64,000 nucleotides of DNA from an uncultured Terracidiphilus sp. (GCA_964460385.1 CAYWSR010000001.1:381-64380); one strand, 5' to 3'; positions 42,063 through 52,403 are shown, numbered from the stretch's first letter. Program-made: numbers and translations. The notes: generated by a model from the letters alone, not told the origin.

Positions 42063-43436
42063 ATGACGCTCACGGACGGCAATTCTCTGACACATGGAAG
42101 CAGGCGGCAATTCTTGAAGGCCGGCAGCGCGGCGCTCGCCGGCACGGCTGTGAGCTGGAACGCAAAGAGCTACGCGGCGATCGCCGGCGCGAACGATCGG
42201 GTGCGCGTGGGCGTAGTGGGCTGTGGAGACCGCATGAAGCAGTCCCTGATTCCCGCATTCCTTGAGCACTCAAAGGAGCTCAACTTCGAGTTTGTCGCCA
42301 TCTCCGATCTGTGGAGCCAGCGGCGCGATGAAGGCGTGGCCTACATCCAGAAGCTGAGCGGCGCGACGGTCGACGCCGTCCGCAACAACGACGAGCTCTA
42401 CGCGCGCAAAGACGTGGATGCGGTTCTGGTGGCAACGGCGGACTTCCAGCATGCGCTGCACGGCGTGGAAGCGGTGAATGCGGGCCGCGACGCTTACGTC
42501 GAAAAGCCGACTGCGCACACGATGGCGGATGCAAAGGCCTTTCGCGCCGCCGTGCACAAGACTGGAAAGATCGTTCAGGTAGGAACGCAGCGCCGGTCCA
42601 CACCTGGGTACATGAAGGCCGCGGAATATATCCAGTCAGGGAAATTCGGCGACATCGTGATGGTGGAGATGACGTGGAACGTGAACCAGCCGGGGCGCTG
42701 GCGCAGGCCCGATCAAGTCCCGCTGCTAAAAGAAGAAGACACCGACTGGAAACGTTACCTAATGAACCGGCCGCATGTGCCGTTCGACGCGCGTAAGTAT
42801 CTCGAGTTCCGGCTGTTCTGGCCGTATTCGTCGGGCATTCCCGACCAGTGGTTGGTTCACCAGATCGACACGGTGCACTGGTTTACCGGGCTGCCGCATC
42901 CGCGCTCGGTGGTGGCCAACGGCGGCATCTATCTGTGGAAGGATGGCCGCGAGAACTGGGACACCATGACCGCGGTCTTCGACTACGGCCCGCTCGACGA
43001 TCCCTCCAAGGGCTTCCAGGTGCAGTACTCGTCGCGGTTCACCAACTCGGCCGGCGGTGTGAAGGAGCTCTACTACTCCAACGGCGGCATGATCGACATG
43101 GACAAGCAGACCGTGACGCCGACCGGGAGCTTAAGCGCGCGCGAGGCTGCGGCCATGGGCATGAAAGAGAACAAGCTCGCGAGCATCTCGCTGTCAGAGG
43201 AGGCGCAGGGCTCGTATACCGACGCCAACACCGGCAAAGACCCCATGACCAGCGCCAACATGCGCAACTGGATGGAGTGCGTGCGCAGCCGCAAGACGCC
43301 GAACGCATCGATTGAAGCCGGATACAGCCACAGCATTGCCCTGTGCATGAACGTGGCGGCGATTCAGACCGGCCAGAAGGTGACCTTCGACGACAAAACG
43401 CAGCAAGTAATGGTCGGAGGCAAGGTCTATGCCTAA
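42063..43436 (+). CDS. Gfo/Idh/MocA oxidoreductase with Tat signal
   Basis: SRRQFLK; RVGVVGCG; YVEKP; QVGTQRRS. Confidence 0.92.
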   Translation: MTLTDGNSLTHGSRRQFLKAGSAALAGTAVSWNAKSYAAIAGANDRVRVGVVGCGDRMKQSLIPAFLEHSKELNFEFVAISDLWSQRRDEGVAYIQKLSGATVDAVRNNDELYARKDVDAVLVATADFQHALHGVEAVNAGRDAYVEKPTAHTMADAKAFRAAVHKTGKIVQVGTQRRSTPGYMKAAEYIQSGKFGDIVMVEMTWNVNQPGRWRRPDQVPLLKEEDTDWKRYLMNRPHVPFDARKYLEFRLFWPYSSGIPDQWLVHQIDTVHWFTGLPHPRSVVANGGIYLWKDGRENWDTMTAVFDYGPLDDPSKGFQVQYSSRFTNSAGGVKELYYSNGGMIDMDKQTVTPTGSLSAREAAAMGMKENKLASISLSEEAQGSYTDANTGKDPMTSANMRNWMECVRSRKTPNASIEAGYSHSIALCMNVAAIQTGQKVTFDDKTQQVMVGGKVYA

Positions 43437-43467
43437 GGCTGCTCCGTCGCGCGCGGTCGCCATAACG

Positions 43468-43512
43468 CTGGGTGCCCCATCCATTCGCAGCCTCTCCGCG
43501 AATGGGTGGGAT
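43468..43512 (+). repeat. REP-like palindromic element
   Basis: CTGGGTGCCCCATCCATTCGC..GCGAATGGGTGGGAT. Confidence 0.75.
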
Positions 43513-43515
43513 ACA

Positions 43516-44610
43516 ATGCCGGCTTTGCGTCGAATAAACGGCGCATTGTTGTTGGTTGCATTTCTCTTCGTCGCGCCAACCGCCTTCGCCGCGGCGAAGG
43601 GCCGCGGCGTTGAGGTCGTGGCGAACGAAGCCGACCGGCGCGTGGATGTCACCATCGACGGCAAGCCGTTTACGTCCTACATGTGGCCGACAACGCTGAA
43701 GAAGCCGGTGCTCTATCCGCTGATTGATTCAGATGGCGTGATCGTGACGCGCGGCTATCCGCTTGCGCCGCTCGCGGACGAGCGCGTCGACCATCCGCAC
43801 CACGCGGGCATGTGGTTCAACTACGGCAATGCCAACGGATTCGATTTCTGGAACAACTCCGACGCGATCAAGCCAGAGCAGCGGCCCAGGATGGGCACGG
43901 TAGTCCACACGCGGATTGTCTCGACAAAAAGCGGGCCCGACAAGGGCGAGTTGGTGGTGGATTCCGAATGGATAACGGGCGAGGGCAAGAAGATTCTCGG
44001 GCAGCGGACGCGGTATGTGTTTGCGCGGGGCCCAAAACAGGATGCAGCCCAGCGCGTCATTGACCAGATCGTCACGCTGAACGCCGTGGACAAGGTCGTC
44101 TTCAACGACGACAAGGAAGGTGTGCTGGGGATTCGCGTGGCGCGCTGGCTCGAGTCGCCTGAAGAGAAGGGCGGCATCTTTACCGACGCGCAAGGAAATG
44201 CGACCAAGGTGGATGCGCCGGCGCCGAGCCAAGCCACCAACCCAGGCACGAACCCGGCCACGGGCGTTTACCTCACCAGCGAGGGCGTGAAGGGCACAGC
44301 AGTGTGGAGCACGCGCGGGCGTTGGTGTTCGCTGACAGGCCACACGGGCGACCACGTGGACACGATCGTGATCATCGACCACCCGGGCAATCCCGGCTAC
44401 CCGACCTACTGGCATGCGCGGGGCTATGGCCTCTTCGCCGCGAACCCACTGGGCCGCAGCATCTTTGACCCCAAACAGCCGGCCTTCAACTTCACGATGG
44501 AAAGAGGCCAGGAGACGACCTTCCGCTACAGAGTCGTGATTGCAGACCGGGCCGAGAGCGCCGACGAGTTGAACAAAGAAGCGGATGCGTTCGCCGCGGA
44601 GTACAAGTAG
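43516..44610 (+). CDS. Secreted PmoA-family/DUF6807-like protein
   Basis: Signal peptide; KPVLYPL, DHPHHAGMWF, DHPGNPGYPTYWHARGYGLFAANP. Confidence 0.8.
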   Translation: MPALRRINGALLLVAFLFVAPTAFAAAKGRGVEVVANEADRRVDVTIDGKPFTSYMWPTTLKKPVLYPLIDSDGVIVTRGYPLAPLADERVDHPHHAGMWFNYGNANGFDFWNNSDAIKPEQRPRMGTVVHTRIVSTKSGPDKGELVVDSEWITGEGKKILGQRTRYVFARGPKQDAAQRVIDQIVTLNAVDKVVFNDDKEGVLGIRVARWLESPEEKGGIFTDAQGNATKVDAPAPSQATNPGTNPATGVYLTSEGVKGTAVWSTRGRWCSLTGHTGDHVDTIVIIDHPGNPGYPTYWHARGYGLFAANPLGRSIFDPKQPAFNFTMERGQETTFRYRVVIADRAESADELNKEADAFAAEYK

Positions 44611-44628
44611 CAGACTAGTCGCCGCACC

Positions 44629-44680
44629 CTACGAGTCGTAATCCACAGTCGCCATTTTTGGGGGCGCGGGCGATGCGCAC
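44629..44680 (-). repeat. Second, degenerate copy of the zinc-ribbon gene 3' end
   Basis: Matches 46662-46712 with 5 substitutions and a 1-nt insertion. Confidence 0.85.
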
Positions 44681-44706
44681 GACTGCGGCGTATATAGCGG
44701 AGAAGA

Positions 44707-45090
44707 TTATCGGTTCTGGCCGCGGCCTTGTGGCCGTTCGCGGTCGATCGACAGGCCTTGGAGTCTATTCCGCTCCGGTTTTGCAAGGCGAAGGTAAATG
44801 GGTGAACCAACCCCGCGTAAACACAACAAGAGAATCGCAAGCAAACATCCCAAGAAAGAGAGCGAAGCGCCAAAGCTAAATACCAGTGCTACGAAAGGGA
44901 TTACCCGCCCGAAAAACACGACGATGCTCGTCGAGACAAAAAATGCGAGCGCAAGATAAATGATGTTTTCTTCCAGGTTGTCCAGTTCCCTGTCGAATAC
45001 CTTCATCGCTTCACCGCACGCCTTCTGGATGGGATTGTACGGTTCTGGTTTGCAACTGAATACCACCCGCATCACAACCCGAAACCACAT
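44707..45090 (-). CDS. Hypothetical small membrane protein
   Basis: Hydrophobic central region; start uncertain. Confidence 0.4.
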   Translation of the reverse strand: MWFRVVMRVVFSCKPEPYNPIQKACGEAMKVFDRELDNLEENIIYLALAFFVSTSIVVFFGRVIPFVALVFSFGASLSFLGCLLAILLLCLRGVGSPIYLRLAKPERNRLQGLSIDRERPQGRGQNR

Positions 45091-45273
45091 CCCGAGCGAT
45101 ATGTCGCCAATCCGGTCCCACTTACTTCAGCGCGAAAAATTGGTTCTATTCGTGTAGCCGATGATACAGGGGCAAGCACCGGTAGATGGTTGTTCGGGCA
45201 GCTTCGGTGAAGTTCTAACTACCTATTCTTGACAGACGAGTTAGACTCAAGTCCTGTGCGATTGTGGCATCGC

Positions 45274-46477
45274 CTAATCCACCGTCACAACAATCACTGT
45301 TGCATCGTCGTGGAAGTTGCCGTCGCAGAACCGCGTCACGTCGTCCAGAATCCTCGTGCGGATGCCCTGCGCACCCAGACTCCGCGCCGCGCGTGCCGAT
45401 GCAATCACGCGTTCGTTGCCGAACTCCTCGAAGTGTTCGTTCTCCGCTTCCGTCACGCCGTCAGTCGTGAGCAGCAAGCAATCGCCCGGGCGCAAGGCGA
45501 ACAGCCGGTCCTCATAAACGGATTTCGGGAACAGCCCCAGTACCGTGCCGCCTTCGGCGAGAATGGTCGCCTCGTTTCCCCGCAGCACAATCGGCGAAGA
45601 ATGCCCGGCGTTCTCAAAATGCAGAATCAGCCGCTCCCTGTCGATCACCCCGTAGAAGAGCGTAACGAACTTCCCTGGAGCAATGCTTCCGCACAGCACT
45701 TCGTTGAGCTTGCCGCACAGCGCTCCCGGCGCGCTGTTGACCGGCGCGAACGCCCGAAACGCCGATTGCAGATTCGCCCTCAATAGCGCCGCTGTGATCC
45801 CTTTGCCCGACACGTCCGCAATGCAGATCCCCAGTTGATCCGGCCCCAGCGTAAGCACATCAAAGTAGTCGCCTCCCACTGACCGTGCGGGCTCCCACGC
45901 GCGCGCAATTTGGAATGGCTGCATCTGTGGTAGCTCGTGGGGCAAGAGATGCGCTTGAATTTCATGCGCCGCCTTTAGCTCGGCTTCATGGGCATCCAGT
46001 TGGACTTTTCCAACCGTGATCTGCCTTTCCAGTTCGCGATTCCGCCTTTCAAGCCTCCCCTTCGCCTTGCCCGAAATATGCAAGGCACCTCCGGCGACCA
46101 GCGTGAAAAACGTACCATTCCGAATATCGAGCCAATCAGGCTGGAGTAGGTGGTCGGTCCGGCCCACGACGAGCCGGCTTGCGATCGTTGACATCGAACT
46201 CGCTACTGCTGCAACCGGGAGAAGAACGGCCAGATATGCAAACGAGTCCCAGGAGGGGCCGCAGGTTTAGGAGGACCGGTGCGGAGAGTGTCACCGCCAG
46301 CCAAGTGAGATTCCCAATGATAAAGGTGAAGAGAAATAGCTGGGTTGGGTTGGTGTTTCCCCGCAACAACCAGTACATCCCAGAGATTGCCAAGGCCACG
46401 CCAAGCAGGAACAGCTGCAGCTGCCAAAACCCCATGAGTGGCGTCAACTTCGGAAATGGCCACACTCTTCTCAGCAT
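45274..46477 (-). pseudogene. Membrane-anchored PP2C/SpoIIE phosphatase, frameshifted near 46255
   Basis: VGGDYFD, IADVSGKG, NAGH, TDGVTEA, HDDAT; TM N-terminus in another frame, rejoining at the G4 run (..RP|SWDSFAYLAVLLP..). Confidence 0.75.
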
Positions 46478-46661
46478 GAACGTCTTACTTTCCCGCATCG
46501 CACGGATTGCCAATATTAGCATGGCCCGAAATGGGTTGGCGGCGACTACGTCCCGTTCGTCGGCCAACCTTCAGTTACTCCGCGGTCAATAGTTCATATT
46601 CTCTAGCACGGCGGAGTCATCAAGTGTGAAAGTTGGTTGCGAGGAGGGGCGGGGCGCCGGA

Positions 46662-47159
46662 CTACGAGTCGTAGTCCGCGGTCGCCATTTTGGGTGCGCG
46701 GGCGATGCGCATCAGCTCGCCGTGATCGAGCCAGTTGAGCTCGCACTGCTCGCAGCTGTCGATCACCACGTTGCCGCCGCCGAAGTAGACGTGGGCGTCC
46801 ATGTGCTTGTGGCAGACGGGGCAGTCGATTCTGCGCTCGAGATCGCGTGGATCGGGAGCGGCGGGCGGAATCTCCGCGCCGGGGTCGCTGTCGCGAATCT
46901 GCTCGATGAGGTCTTGGAACGCGCCCATGGGAATCATCATGCCGCGGCAGTGCTTGCACGACCAGAGGTGGACGCCCTGCAGGGTCGCGTCCCACAAAGG
47001 AATTGCGCAAATGGGGCAAAGGCGGTCGGGGAGCTCGTCGAGCTCGCTGATGCCCTCGTCGTTGGTGCCGGGCAGGTAGAGGCTCTTGCAGTAGTCGCAG
47101 ATAAAGCTGCCTGTTCCCTGCCCTATGCGCATGGGAGCACCGCAGGATGGGCAGTTCAT
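46662..47159 (-). CDS. Multi zinc-ribbon (zf-TFIIB-like) protein
   Basis: CPSC, CDYC, CPIC, CKHC, CPVC, CEQC; WLDHGEL; ATGA-coupled to SPFH gene. Confidence 0.8.
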   Translation of the reverse strand: MNCPSCGAPMRIGQGTGSFICDYCKSLYLPGTNDEGISELDELPDRLCPICAIPLWDATLQGVHLWSCKHCRGMMIPMGAFQDLIEQIRDSDPGAEIPPAAPDPRDLERRIDCPVCHKHMDAHVYFGGGNVVIDSCEQCELNWLDHGELMRIARAPKMATADYDS

Positions 47160-48169
47160 TGGAGCTTCCCGCATTCGGAACAGAATTTGGCGCGCTCCGC
47201 GATGGGCTTGCCGCACTCGATGCAGAACTTGGTGCCGGCGACGGGGGCTGGGGCAGCAACAGCCGGTGCGGCGGAAACTGCCGGCCCAGCCACGTCCGAT
47301 TGCGGGCGAGCAGCGCCCGGTAAAGTCTGCCCCATGACTGCCTGCGCCATCACCACGCCCGCGCCAAGGCCGACGCCCATGCCAGCCGTTCCGCCGGTGT
47401 TGGCAGCGGCCACGCCGAGCGACTCCGCGGCTTGGAGCTGGGTGAACTTGCCGAGATCGCCGACCATACTGATGCCGATGCGGCTGTCGATGTCCTTCTG
47501 CAACTCATCGGGGAGCGAAACGTTTTCGACCACGAACTGGCTCAGCTCAAGGCCGAGGCCGGCGAATGTGGGCTTGAGCTCGTCGTTGATTTTGGCGGCG
47601 AGTGCGGCCTGGTTGGCGGCCATGTCGAGAAAGGAGACGTCGCTGTTGGCGAAGGTGTTCGTCATGCCTGCAACGATCGCGGTGCGGAGCTGGCCGTCGA
47701 GATCGGCAGCGAAGTAGGCGTCGCGGGTACCGGCCACCTGGTCGAAGAAGACGCGTGGGTCGGCGACGCGGTAGGCGTAGTTGCCGAAGGCGCGCAGGCG
47801 GACCGCGCCAAACTCCTTGTCGCGAAGGGTGATCGGTGTGGCAGTGCCCCACTTCTGATCGATCTGGAGGCGCGTGGAGAAGAAGTAGACGTCGGACTTG
47901 AAGGGAGACTCGAAGGCCTTGTCCCAAGTCATCAGGTCCGTGAGCAGGGGCAGGTTGCGCGTGGTCAGCTTATAGAGGCCGGGGCTGAAGACGTCGGCGA
48001 TGCGGCCCTCGTTGATGAATGCGGCCATCTGCGACTCGCGCACCGTGAGCTGACCACCATTCATGATCTCCATGTCCTGCATGGGATAGCGATAGGAGAG
48101 CACGCGATCTTCCGGCTCATTCCACTGAATGACGTCGATAAACTGCTTGGCTAGAAACTGGGAAAGCAT
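47156..48169 (-). CDS. SPFH/band-7 domain protein (YdjI-like) with C-terminal zinc ribbon
   Basis: QLTVRESQMA, PFKSDVYF, QKWGTATP, FCIECG..FCSECG. Confidence 0.88.
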   Translation of the reverse strand: MLSQFLAKQFIDVIQWNEPEDRVLSYRYPMQDMEIMNGGQLTVRESQMAAFINEGRIADVFSPGLYKLTTRNLPLLTDLMTWDKAFESPFKSDVYFFSTRLQIDQKWGTATPITLRDKEFGAVRLRAFGNYAYRVADPRVFFDQVAGTRDAYFAADLDGQLRTAIVAGMTNTFANSDVSFLDMAANQAALAAKINDELKPTFAGLGLELSQFVVENVSLPDELQKDIDSRIGISMVGDLGKFTQLQAAESLGVAAANTGGTAGMGVGLGAGVVMAQAVMGQTLPGAARPQSDVAGPAVSAAPAVAAPAPVAGTKFCIECGKPIAERAKFCSECGKLQ

Positions 48170-48200
48170 CCTGTAACTCCTTCGTGCGGAGCTGTCAACG

Positions 48201-48256
48201 CTGGGTGCCCCATCCATTCCGCGGCCTTTCGAGGAAAAATGCGGAATGGGAGGGAT
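48201..48256 (+). repeat. REP-like palindromic element
   Basis: CTGGGTGCCCCATCCATTCCGC..GCGGAATGGGAGGGAT. Confidence 0.75.
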
Positions 48257-48495
48257 GGCATTGCTTCGATGCCCGGAGTGTAGCAGCGAACGAAGCGGGA
48301 CAAACTCCCTAAAAAGTCGTAGCAAATACACCTTGCGTGATTGCTCGGACGAGCCCCAATCTGCTCCCCAATTTGCGTTTGCAATTTGCGCAGCGCATAC
48401 CAGTGGTTCTGAACTTGACCGGGTCTCATGCCACCTAAGCGGCATTGACCTTCAGCCGGACCGTCCCTAGCCTGTTCGTGGAAAGGGAGGGCAGA

Positions 48496-50181
48496 ATGCG
48501 TGCCTTGAAGGGGATCCTTTGCTTCTTCTATTTCCTTGACGCGGCGATACCCGCGATTGCGGTGGCATTCCTGCTCAACCCGGGGTTCCGGGAAAGCTAC
48601 GCCCATTCCCACCAATACACTCAACACCGTCCTCTGCCTTCCGACCCCGCTGCCATTCTTTCGATCGCTCTTGTGTTGGGCGCCGCTGCCCTGATATTCG
48701 GGATGGCGTGGTTCACAGTCTTCACGGGGAAACGCTCCGCACGCTATTGGGTGATTCTCCCCAGCGCGCTGCATCTGGTGGGCGCCGGGGTCGGCCTTTT
48801 CCACTCACCTGTGCAACCAGTGAGCGTCTTGATTGGGGCATTCGTTGGCTTGGGCGGACTGGTTCTCACCTGGAATTCAAAGTGGTCAAGGGTTCCTGGC
48901 CGTCAGACTCCCATGCCCAAGAATCCGGGAGACGGCACCAGCACCCTCCTGAACAGAGCTGCCCAGGTCCTCTCAATAGCCGGCTATTGGGCCGCCTGGG
49001 ACGCCTGCGCTTATTGGATGAGAGCCCTGGGTCAGCCGCGGTATCGCGGGGGCATCCTGCTGGCCGTACTTCTCGGCTTTCTGGTCACGCTGGTTCACGA
49101 GCTGGGTCACACCACCGTCGGCCTGGCATTGCACATGCGCCTGCGCGCCTTTCTGGCCGGGCCATTTGAGTTCCGTATTCGCGAGGGCAGGTGGACGTTC
49201 CGCTTCAACCCTGCAGGCCTTTTGGTCGAAGGCGGCGCCACCGGAGTAGTGCCGTCGACGCCAACCCAGCCCCGCTGGCATCCCCTCTTGATGATTGCCG
49301 CCGGGCCTGCCACCAACCTTTATACGGGCCTCATCGCCCTGGCCTTTGCATACGCCTGCTCCGTGGGCGGCGGCGAGAATCTCGACTATGTTTACCCGCT
49401 CGGCCTGTTTGCCGCATTCAACTTCGTCACCTGCGTCGTCAACTTGATCCCGATCCGCACCGGAAGCGGCTACTCCGACGGCGCACAGATCTTTCAGCTG
49501 CTCGCCCGAGGCGCGTGGGCCGACTACCACAACGTAACCGCGCTGGTGGGGTCCAGCCTGGTGACGCCACTGCAGCCCAGGGACTACGACATTGAGGCCA
49601 TTGAACGCGCTGGCCTAACCATCGCGAAGGGGCCCACGGGCCTTCTGCTCCGGCTCTATGCCTACAATTATTACCTCGATCGCGGCCAATTCAGCCAGGC
49701 TGGCCAAGCGCTGCTTGATGCTGAGGCTATCTACAACGACTCAGCCTCGGGCGTCTCAGCCGACTTGCTCACCGTGTTTGTCTTTGGCAACGCAGTCGTG
49801 CGCTTTGATGCCGCGGCAACAAGGCAATGGTGGGACCGCATGATGGCCGCCAAGGGCTCCAAGCGGAAGAACGACGACTACTGGCGGGCGCAGAGCGCAC
49901 TCTCTTTCATGGAAGGCAACAAAACGCTGGCCGACGAAGCCTGGACCATTGCAAACACGATGAGCCAGCGACTGCCCAGCGCCGGCGCATACCAGTTCGA
50001 CCGCACCTGCTGCGATCTTCTCCGCCAGGCCTTGGATGGAAAGCCGCTCAACACAAACGCCCCTCCGCCCAAGCCCGCTCCCGTCGCCGCTGCAGTCGTC
50101 ACACAGGCGCCCGCCATGCAATGGCACTTTCTGAATCCGAGTTCAACGCATGTGCAATCGCCATCGACCGGCTCCGACTAG
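48496..50181 (+). CDS. M50 family (site-2-like) membrane metallopeptidase
   Basis: HELGH, AAGPATN, NLIP..SDG; multiple TMs. Confidence 0.85.
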   Translation: MRALKGILCFFYFLDAAIPAIAVAFLLNPGFRESYAHSHQYTQHRPLPSDPAAILSIALVLGAAALIFGMAWFTVFTGKRSARYWVILPSALHLVGAGVGLFHSPVQPVSVLIGAFVGLGGLVLTWNSKWSRVPGRQTPMPKNPGDGTSTLLNRAAQVLSIAGYWAAWDACAYWMRALGQPRYRGGILLAVLLGFLVTLVHELGHTTVGLALHMRLRAFLAGPFEFRIREGRWTFRFNPAGLLVEGGATGVVPSTPTQPRWHPLLMIAAGPATNLYTGLIALAFAYACSVGGGENLDYVYPLGLFAAFNFVTCVVNLIPIRTGSGYSDGAQIFQLLARGAWADYHNVTALVGSSLVTPLQPRDYDIEAIERAGLTIAKGPTGLLLRLYAYNYYLDRGQFSQAGQALLDAEAIYNDSASGVSADLLTVFVFGNAVVRFDAAATRQWWDRMMAAKGSKRKNDDYWRAQSALSFMEGNKTLADEAWTIANTMSQRLPSAGAYQFDRTCCDLLRQALDGKPLNTNAPPPKPAPVAAAVVTQAPAMQWHFLNPSSTHVQSPSTGSD

Positions 50182-50267
50182 TTACTAGAAATAACTGAGG
50201 CCCAAACCCTGTGCCGGGCACGGAACAGGATTCAGGCCTGCGAATTCGGACGATGCCTGAGTTGGCG

Positions 50268-52127
50268 TCAGGCCGGATATTTCTTCTTGGTGGTCTTCTT
50301 GACTGCGTTTTTTGCCGCCTTCTTGACTGCCTTCTTCACCGGCGCGCCTGCCTTCTTGACTGCCTTCTTCACCGGCTTCTTGGGCTTCTTCGGTGGCTTC
50401 ACTGGCTTCTTGGGCGGCTTTGGTGTTGGTGCCGGAGTCGGTGTCGGTGCCGGCGTGGGAGCCGGAGCGGGCGTGACGCCGGCCGGGGCCAGCAACGGGA
50501 TCAGCTTGACGGCGATGGGCGAACCAAGGCCGGTGCAGGGATCCCAGCCGGGTCCGGCGGGGTAGAGCGGGAATTGCGCGTCGCCGTTGGTGCCCTGGGT
50601 GATGTCGTTAAAGCCAACAGTGGCCTTCGAAGCGTAGATGGCCGGGTTGATGTAACCGACCTGCGCGCCGAGCTGGGCGTTGGCCACGGCGATGAGGCCG
50701 GCCCAGAGAGGCGCGACGGCGCTGGTGCCGCCGATGGGGAACGTCTGGCCGTCGACGCGAATGGTGTATCCGGTGTTCGGGTCGGCGTCGCCCGCAACGT
50801 CGGGAACGCCGCGGCCACCGGTAGCGGTGCTTGATGCGGGAACATTGGAGCTTGCCTGCCAAGTGGGCAACGGGAACTGGTTGCTCACGCCGCCGCCGGT
50901 GGCGCCATCGTTCGAGGCGGTCTCGTTCCAGACGACCTCGGAGTTGATCGTGGAGCCGGAGGCGTCGAGCTTGGTGCCGCCGCAGCAGAGGACATGGGGA
51001 CTGGAGCCGGGGAAGTCGACCGCGTAGGCGGAGGTGTTGTCGGTAGAGCCGTTGTCGCCGGCGGCTACGGTGATGCTGACGCCGAGGGCGGCGGCGGACT
51101 GGCAGGCAGCGTCGAGCGCGGTCATCGATTGCCCGGTCCAACTGGACTCGGGACCACCCCAGCTGATGGAGATCACGCTGGGCTTGTTGGTCGTGTCGTG
51201 GACTGCGGTGGTGATGGCGTCGATGAAGCCCTGGTCCGTGTTGGGGGTGAAGTAGACGGCGATCTTCGCGCCTGGGGCGACCGAGGCGGCCACTTCAATG
51301 TCGAGCATCACCTCGCCGTCGGCGCTTTGCGCGTTGGAGGGAGCGTTCTTGCCCCCGTCGACGAGGACCGCCGTCATGCTGGGGGCGGCAACGCCGAGGG
51401 TCTTGAAGTAGGCGGTGATGTCTGCGGTTTGGTAGCCGCCGCCGAGCTCGATGATGCCGATGGTCTGACCGGCAGCGCTGGCGTTGGGGGGAAACTGGTA
51501 GGCCTGCGCCACCTGCGGAGGCGTATAGCTGGAGGGCGCGGCGCCGGCAGCCAGTGGTCGGACGCCGCTCAACACGCGGAAGTGAGGCTTGGCCTGGGGA
51601 CGATTGTCGAGACCGAGAACGGCCAGAACATGGGCGAGGAGCGACTTGGGAAGGTGAATGGCTCCTTCGCGAACGCGATACTCGACGCCGCCGATCTTTT
51701 TCTGATCAAGCGTCACGCTGAAGGCCTTCTGCATGTCGGATGCCACGCCCGTGAGCTTGACGGTTCGGCGCGCGGCGGCGGTAGGGTCGGGCTCGACCTT
51801 GAGGTGGAACTCGCGGGCGAAAGCCTTCACGGCTTTCAGGGAATCCGGGTTGGCGTTGTGGTGGCGGCTATACTCGGCGCGGCTCATGCGCACAGGGCCG
51901 GCAGCGCGTCCGCCGCGGCGGTTGATCTTGAGCGGCTCCTTGCGGGGAACGATGACCGAGACTGTGATCTTGGTGCGTGCGTTTGTAGGTTTGACGTGAA
52001 CGGCTTCGACGGCGGGAGCTTTTTCGCTGCCAGGGAGCACCAGGCGCGGCTCGTCAGAGATGCGAGGGACTGCGATGCGCGGTGCGGCGGCCTTTTTGGG
52101 TGTATTGGACTTGGGGGATTTTGCCAT
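50268..52127 (-). CDS. Kumamolisin-like S53 protease with PT linker and Lys-rich tail
   Basis: LGLDNRPQAKPH, EVMLDIEV, AAGDNG, RGVPDVAG, GGTSAVAP; KKPVKKAVKK tail. Confidence 0.92.
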   Translation of the reverse strand: MAKSPKSNTPKKAAAPRIAVPRISDEPRLVLPGSEKAPAVEAVHVKPTNARTKITVSVIVPRKEPLKINRRGGRAAGPVRMSRAEYSRHHNANPDSLKAVKAFAREFHLKVEPDPTAAARRTVKLTGVASDMQKAFSVTLDQKKIGGVEYRVREGAIHLPKSLLAHVLAVLGLDNRPQAKPHFRVLSGVRPLAAGAAPSSYTPPQVAQAYQFPPNASAAGQTIGIIELGGGYQTADITAYFKTLGVAAPSMTAVLVDGGKNAPSNAQSADGEVMLDIEVAASVAPGAKIAVYFTPNTDQGFIDAITTAVHDTTNKPSVISISWGGPESSWTGQSMTALDAACQSAAALGVSITVAAGDNGSTDNTSAYAVDFPGSSPHVLCCGGTKLDASGSTINSEVVWNETASNDGATGGGVSNQFPLPTWQASSNVPASSTATGGRGVPDVAGDADPNTGYTIRVDGQTFPIGGTSAVAPLWAGLIAVANAQLGAQVGYINPAIYASKATVGFNDITQGTNGDAQFPLYPAGPGWDPCTGLGSPIAVKLIPLLAPAGVTPAPAPTPAPTPTPAPTPKPPKKPVKPPKKPKKPVKKAVKKAGAPVKKAVKKAAKNAVKKTTKKKYPA

Positions 52128-52403
52128 TTGCGTTTCCTCTTTCATGCGCCAGGATTCAGCGTTGCGCTGAGAGCCTTGAGCTGGATGAGTCCGAATCATA
52201 CCTGATCTTGACGAAATTAAACGCAAGTGTTTTTGCGGTGTTTAGAGAAGAAGAAACACCATTTGCAATGGGGCGGACGGGAGCCACCCGCGGCGCGACC
52301 GGCAATCTCAACCGTACGTTAACAAACTGAAGGCGCAGGGATGGCTAGGATAGGGAGAGACGGTGCGGCCCACTGGCCTTCAGACGGTCCTGAGTCGATG
52401 GGC

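Noticed and set aside
43429-43515. N-terminal extensions of ORFs 43429 and 47156-48445 as coding
   Set aside because: They run through REP elements; better starts are ATG 43516 and ATG 48169.
43516-44610. PmoA family label as evidence of methane oxidation
   Set aside because: This is a soluble secreted protein next to a sugar oxidoreductase, with no pmoCAB; the family name is misleading.
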